NCBI GenBank assembly: GCA_009103225.1 | Contig: RHPI01000560.1 | Coordinates: forward strand, 417,465 to 481,464 | DNA: 64,000 nt | Direction: 5' to 3' | Origin: Chlorokybus atmophyticus | Lineage: Eukaryota; Plantae; Mesostigma and Chlorokybus algae | In this document: piece after piece, positions 1 through 18,849 of the stretch | Layout: each line of letters begins with the position of its first letter | Position numbering within the stretch: position 1 is the stretch's first letter | Position numbers and translations under genes: made by a program | The notes under the pieces: generated by a model | The model's database searches: none | Seen by the model: only the letters and a program-made list of their open reading frames with translations | Told to the model about the DNA's origin: nothing

Positions 1-1415
1 GGGGTGAGCGGGATGCTGTGTTGTGCTGTGCGTGAGGGGCGCAGCAGGCCGGGCGGCTAGGTTATGGCGTGCTGGTCTTTACAGCCGCTTGTTGTAACAC
101 CCGCCAGCTGGAGCAGTAGCGATACAATGGCTGGCCCAACGGACACTTTGCTGAGTCAGATGAGACACAGGCATTCTGAGCGACAGCACTTGACATATCA
201 CGTTAGTGCACTGTCAGCTCAGCAGTCAGTCAATTAGCACAGCAGTCAGCATAGCAGGCAGTCAATCACTTAGCAAGTAGTCAATGGCAACAATTGCAAG
301 CACTCACAAGCTGACGTCAAATGCATGCATGCGCGGGCAGACACTCTGCTCCCCACACATGCGTAACCACTTACCTCACTTACCTCACTCACCTAGGCTT
401 CGGACTTGCACTTGTTGGCCACTCGCACGTAGAGCTGCTGGTATGTCATGCCGGCTGGTGCTGGTTCATGCACGTGCAGTAGCTACGTGCATGCAATGCT
501 ACTAGCCCCGCACCTAGCACAAGACAATACAACACAATACAAGGCAATACCACACAGCACTCTCACAAGCACGCACCCACGCACTGACACCACAAGCCTA
601 GGAGCTGCATGCAGTTCCAGGCGGCCAAAGGCGATGGGAGTAGGGATTAAGAATCTCCCAAACTACAACCAGGATCCCTCGGCAAAATGCATAGGCTTTC
701 CAACAATTGCAACACAATGTAAGGCACCAGCCAGCACACCAACAGGCACACCAACAGGCACACCAGCAAGGACTGAACTACAAGGGCAAGGGCAAGGCTA
801 TGTGCACTAGCTACGTGCGTATGCTGGTGGTGGTGGGCGGAGAGGTGGGGCGGGGCAGTAGCAGCACAGCAGATGTAAGGCAAGGCAAGGTAGGCAAGGC
901 TGCATGATTTGGCTGCTGTTGGTGCGCATAGCTCAGTGCTTGTGTCAGTAGTAGTTGTGTACATAAAATGCAGGGCATGCATGCGCATGCATAACGTGTA
1001 GTTCAGTCAGCACGCAGCAACACATGCAAGGTGTCGTACAATGTATTGCTGCCGTACAGTACACACGGCTGTTGATGCGCTTTGCTTGCAGCTTCATGAG
1101 GTATCGCGCTGTTGTCTGAATTGAAGGTAGCAACCGCAAATTTATCACTTGTGAAGCGTACATGAAATTGCGAGCTACAATTGTGTATGGGATGACGCGT
1201 CATGTGTCCAAAAGAATGACGACGGCATTTGCATGGTTGCTGAGCTACATGCTGATTGAATTGAATACACATGGCTGTCATTGAAAGTTTACAGTACGAG
1301 ACAGACTTGCAAATACATATTTTACACACCAATAAGGGTGCAGCAACCGTGCATGGCCACCAACGCCAGCCTTTTGCGTGTGCGCGGGGCTGCAAACGGA
1401 ACTAACAACCACCAA

Positions 1416-4316
1416 CTACGAGCCACTGTCGTCTTCCGTATCTTCTCCTGATGAGCTGTCTGAGCTGCCGCCTAGCTCATTGAGTTGCGCCCGTAACTGC
1501 TGCTCTCGCGCCTGGTCAAATTGCAGGGCGAATAAACATAGCCCAAGGCCATGACAAGGATAATGCAAATCTGTTGATACTGCATGTACAAACAATGCGC
1601 AACAGAATAACGCATGTGGGGGGAACGCGCAGCCAGTACATTGCTGTTGTGACAGCATGCACACTATTGCGATGGACCATTTAGTTTGCAACACAGTAAC
1701 ACTGACACAGCATACCCTCAACTCGTCCTTTAGAGCTGCGAGCTTTGTTGCATCTGCTTCATCCACCTGCACGCGGAAATAATGAGCGCCCAACCGCGTA
1801 AACGTCACAAAGACCTGAAAATGTTTGGCATAAACAAGCCCTCAGCCCCTCTGTTACCTCAGCAGCCAACTGACTGATGTCGGTGCGTGGGTGCCCATTA
1901 CCAACAGCCTGCCAGGCCAACACAAAGGATATGCTTGCAGTAGAGTGCTCAACACTGGCTTGCAGGGACCAACTTTGTAACATCACAATGCCATGATAAG
2001 CACCAGGTGATCTCTTGCCCCCGCGGGTGCTGCCCTGGCAGCTGGTACCTTGCGCTTTCCCTGAGTGTGCGTGCCTGCATGCACAATGAACCTATGGGCA
2101 CGCCGTACAGACTATGCTGAAATGCTGAACATATCAACGCAGCGCTGCTAAACTGTTAAACCATGGCAGGATGCAATGAACGTTCATGAACATGCATGGC
2201 CTTGCATATGCATAGCGATACCTGACGGAAGGAGACCGGGCATTACGCCCACAGGTCCTGTTCCAGACCCAGGTGCACTGGGGACCCTGGGTGCAAACAA
2301 GTCCACTGGAGGTCCAGGCATAACTTGAAACTTAGACGGTCCCATCTATCAGACGCACCCACAGTCATCACATGACTATGTCACAAGGGGTAAGCAACTT
2401 AGAAGCTCAGATAGCACATGGACAGCGCACAGCTTGCATGCCACTTTCTTGCTTATGTACGTTACCGAGGGACTGATTGCTTTCAATTCATAATCATAAC
2501 TCGCCCGCATGGCTGAAGAAGCTGAGACAATGCTCACCTCCCGGACATTCAGCCACTCCCATGACTCATTGGTGGTGCCAAAATTGTAGGTCAGGCAGTG
2601 ACACTTTATTTCGGCATTGTAGTCTGTGACGACAGCATCGCACCAGTACGGCCCCTGCTCTTCATCGTCCCACAATACACGCACACGCCTTCCTAACAAG
2701 TCGTCAACGACGCCTGCTTTTGAGGTTTGCCCAAAACGATGTTATTGTTTTTGGCTGCGAGACTCTCAACAGTACCTGTATCATGATGTAAACTTCAACT
2801 TACCTGGAACAAAGACCTCGGAGGGTCCGGTCTCGTGATCTGCTTTGCCACGACCCTACACAATGCACAAGTCAGCACACACTAGCTGGCAGCAAGACAG
2901 ACCCTTGTACTTGCACCAACAACAATTATAGTCATGCACCACTCACCTTGCCTTTGCGACCTGGCTGCCGTCCTCCTGATCGCTTACCAGGAGGCACTGC
3001 TACAGGTGCTCTGACTGTGGGAGTAGGAGCTAAAGGTGCTGGTTGGGGCAGTCTTTGCTTTTTGTGAGCGGGTCCAGCATCCCCGCGCTCTTTCCAGTTG
3101 CTGCAACCATGCAACATGAGCAAGCAGAAGCACGATGCATCGGCAGAAGTAATGTAGAAGTGATCAACACAGCGACAGTCCCCAGCATACCAGATGGACA
3201 GAACATGCTCATCTGCTTCAACTCTGCGCCGCAGATCCCTGTACTCGTCTTCGCTGATGCCCAGCGCCTGCTTGGCATCCATGATAAGGTTCTCCTTGCC
3301 CTGCAACGGCAAGTTGCATCAAGACAACGAATCATCATTACAATGCAGCCGACACTGCTGTCCAGTGCAAGAAACGCGCGTTCCCAACCAATGCATGCGA
3401 GTTCCACCAGCATTACAGCAATGGCTTACCCATGGCAAGGCACTAGCTTGCGCACGGAAAGCGCGCAAGAGAGCATATAGCGCATCATACTCTAACTGCT
3501 TTAGCTGCTGTTCCAACGTCATGTGCCCCTGCGCCTTGGAGGCTCTGCCAGCTGCTACTGGCGCCCTTGCTCCAGTGGCGGGACGCCCATGCATGGATAC
3601 GTCATCGTCGTCAGTGCCTGTGAGTCCATGTGAGCCCAACCGCCAATTCCACAATCTGCAGGCTGTGTCTCGCTGTGGCTGCTGATGCACACAGATGGAG
3701 TGCACACAAAAGCAAAGAATAGCAATGAGGGAACATGCTGGGTTGCATATGGAGAACCGTTGCAACCAAAATTGCATGCGAACATCAGCAACAAGACTTT
3801 AACGACACGACGCTTTTCATAGCATGTGCGTAGCATTGCTCAGTGAAGGTCAGTAAGCAGACTACCCAAGCATGAGTGCAGGCTGACGAACAAACAAATT
3901 GACAATCCGTGAAGTGCAACGCGACGGAGGCTTAGTTGGAGACGTACTTTAGTGCGTTAAGATACACGCGGTGCCACCCCAACCCAAGCGTATATCAGCA
4001 CCCGGTGTTTCTTCTCAAGGGCTGATGTAGCGCTTTGGCTTAGCCTATGGCCAGCAGCAGCACGGTGTGGCACCCAATGTTGCGACACCTGAGCGCGCAC
4101 ACAACCCCTTGAGAGGAAGCACTCCAACACGATTGTGGCAATCAACTGCTTCGCCAAATACGCACAAGCAGCACTAAAGAAGTAAACACGCCGCACAGAA
4201 GGCACACATGTGCGCCTAACAACCCATGCGACATAAACGCCTTAGCAGCAAACAACGAAAGCAAAATTCTGACCACTGCTGTCTGATTGTGTTCTTGCAG
4301 AGTCAGTCTTGTACAT
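1416..4316 (-). CDS. EML: EMSY-LIKE protein (ENT domain + Agenet/Tudor-like domain), multi-exon
   Basis: Spliced translation MYKTDSARTQSDSSG|TDDDD (exon 4316-4274, phase-1 intron), ENT motif LEQQLKQLEYDALYALLRAFRAQASALPW|GKENLIMDAKQALGISEDEYRDLRRRV, Tudor-like LLGRRVRVLWDDEEQGPYWCDAVVTDYN...YNFGTTNESWEWLNVRE, acidic end ...GEDTEDDSGS* at 1416. Confidence 0.9.
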
Positions 4317-4544
4317 GTATGCCTGGGCGGCAGCGCCCCAGCAAATGTGCGCCGCTGATCCGCTCCTGAGAAGCACGCTGACGATATTCCGCTGGTGGAG
4401 CAGGCACCACACCAGAAGACCACCAGACAAGAGAAAACTGCGCGTAAGTGTACCCCGGCTTGCAGACCGTGTCCTACTCCGCCACGTCCTCCCCGTCCTG
4501 CTAATCCGCCGCCACCGCCGCCGCCGCCGCCCGCACGCCTGCGC

Positions 4545-4624
4545 TAGGGTTTCAAGTGACGACTCGATCCGGTTCCGAACGCTGTGTGCTGGGAAACCGG
4601 ATCGGAGTCGTAGTATTAGGGTTT
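4545..4624. promoter_or_regulatory. Two telo-boxes (TAGGGTTT = AAACCCTA reverse) in the EML/UBP bidirectional promoter
   Basis: Exact matches at 4545-4552 and 4617-4624 inside a CpG-rich tract between two divergent genes. Confidence 0.6.
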
Positions 4625-4800
4625 CACGGTTGGCTTAGCGATCGGTGGGCTGGGGGTGGCGGCGGTGTCGGTGGCGGCGGCGACAGTGTGCAGCTTTGCA
4701 TGTGTAGGTTATCTGCAACTTGTAGATTGGTGCAGCTGTGATGTCGCCATTCTTCATTGACAGCCGAGGTGCTTCTGGGTAGGCAGTGCTTCTGGGTGAC

Positions 4801-9872
<5,072 letters not shown>

Positions 9873-10379
9873 TGCTTCAAGTCCACAAGCACTGTGTTTT
9901 GACCAACACGCCCTGTTTGCAGCAAATGTGGCTAGTGACATGCTGCGGCGTGCATTGGTTTTGAGGGTCTGGTAGGATGTAGTGTGTGGCTGGGTGGGTC
10001 GTTAGGGTTAGAGGTGTGGCACAGCGCCCTGCTGCAATGTTGAGGCCAGCGCAGCGCATTCTCGGCAGGGTGCTGATGATCTGGACCTGCAGAGGCAAAG
10101 GTCACCAATGCGTGCTCTTCTTGCGGTGGTCTGATTCTTAGCTTTGAGTGACTCGTGCACATGGGTTGTGTCTATCTGTGGGGCGAGCGAGGGGTTTGGG
10201 TTGTGCAGTAGGTGTCAATGGTGTGACTTGTCAACTACATTTAACTTACAAGCGTCATGTCCGTCAGAAAATGCATTGCTTGTGGTGTGTACAGGATATG
10301 TGGAATGCTGTATGGCACATGCTTGCAACATCCATGCACAGCAACACGACATTAATACCTCTACAAGGGATCAGACTAC

Positions 10380-10500
10380 TACCACTGGGCACTTACATCT
10401 ACCACACTACACTAACACTATCGCCCAACCATATTAGACATGCATCACTCATAGTTAATCATTAGACATGCATCACTCATAGTTAATTGCACCACGGTCG
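10380..10500 (-). repeat. Degenerate copy of the dispersed TAGCCCGGTGGT repeat family with an internal 29-bp tandem duplication
   Basis: attagacatgcatcactcatagttaat occurs twice in tandem (about 10433-10488); the reverse complement shares ccgtggt...aattaac...atgcatgyctaa...gtagtgtggtag...gcccrgtggt with 41571-41700. Confidence 0.5.
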
Positions 10501-11510
10501 TTGTGGTAGTGTTTTGCACTGATCCTATCGCTCAGCTGTGTATACTGGCTTGCATCCTGGTATACAGTAGCTGCGCAGCGTGTACTTACACTGGTATCCG
10601 CCATTTGCGTGTACGTGGTAGAATAGAAGGGCCATATCATAGCAATGCACACAGCGAACACAAGCACATCAATAACAAAGAACAAGGCAAGCAAGCGCTT
10701 AGGGTATATGAAGCCAACATGAGCTTTGCACTGCAACCACCAGCACATCCCGCACGCATGCACCAATGAAGTTGTCAACCACAAATACCTGGGCATAACC
10801 CCAGGCACTCAAGCACAGACAGGGTTGCAACAGAAAGGAAGCAGATGCCAAGCATGCACTTCACATTGCTGCAACCACCAATGCTGATACATAGACCACA
10901 TGCACATTGTAGGTACCATGAAAAATATGGACACGCCTATCTCCATCCTGGCAATCAGCACTGTTTGCCTGCGCAGCCTACGCACGTTGGCACCACCGGA
11001 GCAAATCTTCAACCACAGCGCCAACTTTGGTTCAACAGCGTACGTAAATGCAATGTCCCTGCACGCCAACAGCAACCAGTATCATATCAAAAACAAGGTT
11101 GGTACGACAATAGTTGTGCTGAGCAATTACGTAACCACCCACCATGTCTTCAAGACAAGTCAGGGCCTGACTACACAACTAGAATGCAAACTCTACACCC
11201 ATGCGAAAAGAGTCAGCTGGGTCAAACCAGCTGCCTACATCTTTGCTGTCACAGTGCAAACTTGAGCGTTTGGACCACTTCTTACCCTCTGAGCGTATGG
11301 CCTTGTTTACCGCACTCGCACAACAATAAGCCCCCCCCGTTTGCACTATGTACAAACAACACTACATGCCCCTGTAGCGGACCCCTACGTCACTGTCAGC
11401 TAGCCAGATTTTTGACAGTGTCTAAAGTTGATTCCACAGCCAAATCTCTAGACGAGAGTTTGCTTGCAAGTGTCTGCATACAATTGACACAACCCGTTCG
11501 TACCTACCTG

Positions 11511-13546
11511 TCATGATGACGAGGTCGACTGCACGGGGCTGACTCGCCCTGTAGGCGGCTGCAGGCTTGCAATTTCCTTAGCCAAAAGCTCCTTCTCCTC
11601 TGTAAACTGCTCGTCATCTGCAGCAACAGAAACTTCAGTACCCAAGCTCCAACAAGAGGAGCAGCTTGTGGACATCACAATACCCTTGTCTGTATGAAAA
11701 TCAGCAAGGTAGCGCAGCAGCTTCTGCGCATTGTTGGCCAAGATTTCTGTTATCTGCGCAGGCTTGTTGGGGTTTGCCACAAAGACCTGTTGCAAGACCA
11801 CACACGTTAGCCCGCATCTTGCTTGACAATCCATGGCGCATACCATGCAATACTGACCTTGAAAACATGGAAGGCCTCGTACTGAATGTTCTTGCTCGGA
11901 TCCTGCATCCTTAAATTACTCAAATCACGCTCAGCATGTCATGCATGCACAAGGACGTGTGCGCCTTGACCCTCACCGTTAGCAGGGTCATCATCAGGCG
12001 CAGGTTGGCTGCCTCAGAGATGTAGCGCAACATCACATTCACGTTGACTCTGTCAAGAAGCATCTCTCCTAGCAACTGCCATGTTGCACAGCAGTCAACA
12101 ACTGATTGGAACACAACCTCCACCTTACACGCAATTGAAATGTAAACGCACCTTTAGAGACTGGCGCCGAGTGACATAATTTTGAGACTTCAGCAACTGC
12201 GTGTAATGCATCTCCAATACCTGCAATGCCAACACAGTCACCAATGACAGGTCGTGCACCAGCACATGCAATGTGCAGGAATCCTACCGAGCTGTAGTTG
12301 TCCATGAGAAAGCCAGCAACCATTGCTTTGTGCCTTGTAAGCAGATCCTGACACCAAGCAAAAGGAGCGCAACCGCAACAACATGGTGAAGTTAATGCAC
12401 AATTCTGACATTGTTGACGAGCATGTGACAGCATGCACCTTGAAGGTGATGAACGCATCCGATGCTACATCAAAAGTGTCCACTTCTATGTACTTGAAAA
12501 AGTTGAAGAAAAGTGGTGAATACAGAAGATACCTGCATACATGCCAGCCATTAAACTATCTGGCTATCAAAGAAACCAGGATTATTAGATGATGACTAAC
12601 TTACTTGGCAAGCGGCTCGTAGCGACTTGTTTCTCTGAGAATCAAGCCACAATTCAACGCGATTTCTGAGTTCTCGTATCTGCAACATGCCAACTTGTCA
12701 GCGCAAAGTGTCACCAAGCAGCACCATGCACAGGACGCAGCCAACCATGCAGCAATGCTCCTTACCCCACGACAAGTTTGTCTAGCAGTTCTGTGTGACG
12801 CAGCAGGTATTCCACCCCAGGCGATCGACCACTCACTTGGCACCGCAGGACACATGTTATGACCTGTGCGGCATCCTTGCGAGCCTGCAGTGGCCAGGCA
12901 ATATTGACTGCCGCCCAAGCAATTGATCACAATGTCAGCGAGGAGTGCACAAGCTGGTAGAGGCACATGCGTGATGCATGTACACTACTACTCAATTGGC
13001 AAGCTGTGTCCAATGCACTGCAAACACAGAGAAGGCTGCATGACAGTGCAAAAGCAACTGGCTGGCATGTAGTCTACCTACTACTGTACCGCACCCTTAC
13101 CCATGCAGAATGACGTTATGCAAGCAATAACCATGTAGCAGGTCGCACCTCAAACTCTAATTGCTGGAGGTTCTGGATAAGATGGAAGATCAGATCCATA
13201 GAGCAAATGTCGATTGTCAACTGCTGGCTCTCTGCTTCGTTTGGTTCAACGTCTGCCTCACCATGCAGGACAACTTTCATGCTGTGTAGGTACCTTGCCA
13301 AGTCCTCGTGAGCCTGTGTGTGCCAGGCATTGACAGTGAGCTGCATTTGGAGCACAGTGCATGCAGGCAGTGTCAGCCTAATGCATCGCTGCGATGCTCG
13401 CAAAATCTGCATTGCTAATACGACAAACACAGCCACACCTGACGTGACGGCAGCCCAGGCAAGCTGTCGAGCGTCAACCTCGCCAGATTGCCAGTAAGCT
13501 TGTGCGACGACTTGCTTTTATGGTGAAACAGCTTGTTCAGCGCCAT
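11511..13546 (-). CDS. MO25: MO25/CAB39-like protein, multi-exon
   Basis: ATG 13546 (MALNKLFHHKSK...), YLHSMKVVLHGEADVEP, YENSEIALNCGLILRETSRYEPLAK, FDVASDAFITFK, LLGEMLLDRVNVNVMLRYIS...NLRLMMTLL, VFVANPNKPAQITEILANNAQKLLRYL, DEQFTEEKELL; stop at 11511. Confidence 0.95.
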
Positions 13547-14022
13547 GGTGGCTGATGAGGCCTGCCCACACAACTAGCCGACTGCGCTTTCCAGGCTACA
13601 CAGATTGCACCACCTCAAAGATCTCCTCCAGGTCTAGGCACAGAAGACACCCTAATTGGGCCGCAGAACAACACACAAGCAAGCTACAGCAGCCCACGAC
13701 GCCGGCGTCGACGGCAGCCGGTGGTGCAATTCATCAGGCTAACGCTAGCCGCAGCGCAGGACTGACAGTGCCAGAGTCAATCAGTCAGCCGACAAGGCGT
13801 CGGCGCCTTCACCTGCGCAAAAAAGTAGTAGCCACTCGCCAGAACCCAACACCAACCCTCTCCCTCACCGCGGCCGCCGCCACTGCCGACCCGGTGGACG
13901 CCGTGAAGTATGACAGCTGTAACAGCCAGCATCCATTGCAAGCAACCACATAACGTTAGCTTGCTACTGTCACACAGATTGTGCGCCAGCAATCCTCTTG
14001 TTCGCGAACAAAGATCTCTCTG

Positions 14023-14030
14023 AAACCCTA
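14023..14030 (+). promoter_or_regulatory. Telo-box in the MO25/NSI bidirectional promoter
   Basis: AAACCCTA exact match in a CpG-rich region between divergent starts. Confidence 0.55.
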
Positions 14031-14226
14031 ACCTTAAATTGTGCGGCTGAATGTAGTGAGTCTTATCGTCGACGTTGTCGGCGTTGTTGGCGGCGCTGAC
14101 GTCGGCCGAGGCGGAGGAGGCGACAACGTCAGGGGCAAGGCTCTGCTAGACGACTGTCACATCTGCTTGACGGACGAATAGTGGGGCTGCCGCCAGTGAT
14201 AAGCAGCAGGCCACGGGCCCTCTCCC

Positions 14227-16142
<1,916 letters not shown>

Positions 16143-18849
16143 CAGTGCCTGCTCGGATCAGGAGAGGCGTTTAGTTGATAGATACCTTGTACAGTTACCC
16201 CTTGCCATAACCACGCATGGGACAAGTATCCAGCAGTAAGTTATGCATTGGCTCATAATTCACCATGTGAAAGGTTGTTGTGCATTTTGGCAGTCAAGCC
16301 TAGCTTGTCCACCTTCGTGGGTCCACTTAGATTGATTAGACAATGATAGACCGTTCAAGTATGGTCGACTTTCGTAGCCAATGCATTGCATCATAGTTTA
16401 AGAAAGCATACTTTGCATCAGTTGTGTGTAAAAGTGTCTTAGGGTTGGTTTATTGCAAACGTTATAAAGATGGCATCCGTCACACATCGGGGTGTCGTGT
16501 GGTAAAATGTTGCACACGAAGGTGGATCAAGCTAATGACTCTCCTGGCAAGTTAACCTTGCTTTGAGATATGTGCAAGCATCGCAACAGTTAGCACAATC
16601 CATGGCCTTTTGTGCCCTGCCCAACATATAATTGCAGGTGTGGGGCTTTTTAATGAGGTGACTCGTTAACTTAATGCAATTCACAGAAGAATTGTTGTAT
16701 GGCATTCATGTCTTGACATTATTTCAAATCAATTATTTTCAAGCGGCATTTGATGTTTTGGCAATGAGATTGATTGCCACATGAAGATTGAAAGCCAATG
16801 TGCGAACACATAAGGTTTCATGTACGAGGCAAAAGTGACTGTTGAGGCTTGAAAACGGCAAGGTGAGAAGTTAGATAATCGTATGCAAATGGCATTCTGC
16901 TTTTCAATAATACCACCTCCATGCTCATTTAGCCGCCCCGCGTGTTTCCCCTCATTTCCCCACCAAAACCTACAAAACAAAAATGAATGCTGCAGGGAAA
17001 GTTATGTGTCCACTATAGGTCAGGTCGGTCTTCATGTGGTAAGTTTGTTACATGCATGTGTTGTTGCTACGCATGTCATCACTAGTCGCTTCACATTATC
17101 CACTGCAAACCCTACCTCGACCTTTTCTTCGCACGTGCAGCTACAGTTGCGTCATAATGGTTTTATGATTGGAGAAGCCTACATGTGTTGTCAACATTGT
17201 GTTGTTATCATTAGTGCTATTGTCATTGCTGGTTGTTAATAATGGTTGTTGTTGGAACCAATGCTATCATGATAATCGTTTTACAGATGAAGTTACCTGC
17301 AAGAGAGGGTTCACGTAATCTTTGCATTTGAAAATGTGCGTCGATTGCTATTGGCATGTGCATAACACTATTTATAGTATATCATCACATGTGACGCTCA
17401 AGCTTCCATCGCGCATAAACTACATATACCTCTAATAAGTTTAATAGCCGCCAACCCCAACAACTTTGCAATATTGCCGTAGTCGATTGTTAATTATGTG
17501 GGCATGTTTTTAACACCACCATTTATTATCCTGATACATTTAGCATTTATAAGAGTAACAGCATGATACCTTAATCGAGAGTTTAACTCATCAATTAACT
17601 TAATGATGCGGTGTACATAGTGATGCACGACAGTGTTGTCGTGCATCATAACGGAATGATACTGTAACGCGTTGCGCAACATACCTGCAATTGTTGAGGG
17701 TATAAATATGTGAACATATCAAGAATACATTAGTTGACATGTGCGTGAACGACATAAACTCATGTACATGCGTCGTACATTTTGTGCTAAAGAGTTCATA
17801 TGCTCTTTGCTCCCTTCAGGCAACTGCCTCGCCCTTCATTTGCATATAGCGCCTTGGCGGCTAAGCTATCGCATATAGTTGCATCTTTTGCTTCATGTCG
17901 TGTAGGCCCTTGGTGTAAGTGCAATTGCATGCCTCTGCGTTTGCCTCAGTCTATCTTGCACCTCTGGTTGATTTTTCAAACATGTGTATGTGCACCCGCG
18001 CAGATGACGTACATGGCAGATGCCTGGACCTAATAGCTTCCTAGCCTAGCCGTGACACAAAGCTAATGTTAGACGTCAACGTCACGGCGTGTGGGGATTG
18101 ATCGATTTGGGGAGCAGTGCGGGTGGGGAAAGCGGCTAACGGGGCAAGTACATAGGACCGCCCCCAGGGGTTGCTATGTATCCACTGGCGATGCAGACGC
18201 ATATCATTCTAAACGAGGACTTCGAAGAAGTCCTCGCTTAAAGCGTGCTGCATTCGTGTGCGCGCCACATCGCCGCAGTGCGAGGAGTTGAGCAACGATG
18301 CCTAGAGGGGTTCATCCGCATCTGCGACAGCACGTGGCTTGCACCTGACAACGGGCACAAGTAATGGCAAACCTGGCACATAGAGCGGTAGCGGTAGCAG
18401 TAATGGGCAGGGATCTTATGGCGCAGGGCCTTTCGACCTTGGCGGAAGCGGCGCTCGCATAGGGTGTAACTATTTGGGGCGGGAGGGGGGGGTTAACGGT
18501 TAGGCATGGCGCAACATTGGCAGCCAACAATTGCATGTCACTAATAGTGAAGGAAAGGGCATGGCTGTGCATGATTGACCCTGTTGTATACATATGCTTG
18601 AGTGTTTGTGTCAATTATTGCACCGTGCGCTTCGCACTCTTCCGCTTCATGCAACCATATCAATACTCATTAACTATCGGCATTTGTCGTACGCCTACGT
18701 TATGCAAATAGTCAAGTAGCTGTATGTTATACCGAGATCGCCGTCCACCCGCTCTGCTGGCATACGTCTCTCCAAACGCAGGAGAGACTGTTACAGACAC
18801 CGACTTCGCCGCCGCTACCTTAGACAGCAGGAGCAGGTGGGCGGCGGGG

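Noticed and set aside
10845-11516. 223-aa plus-strand ORF
   Set aside because: No motif, H/Q/C-rich composition; partly the antisense shadow of the minus-strand segments and of the MO25 3' region.
17494-17682. Short AT-rich ORF as a possible Helitron or viral fragment
   Set aside because: No diagnostic motif in any frame I read.
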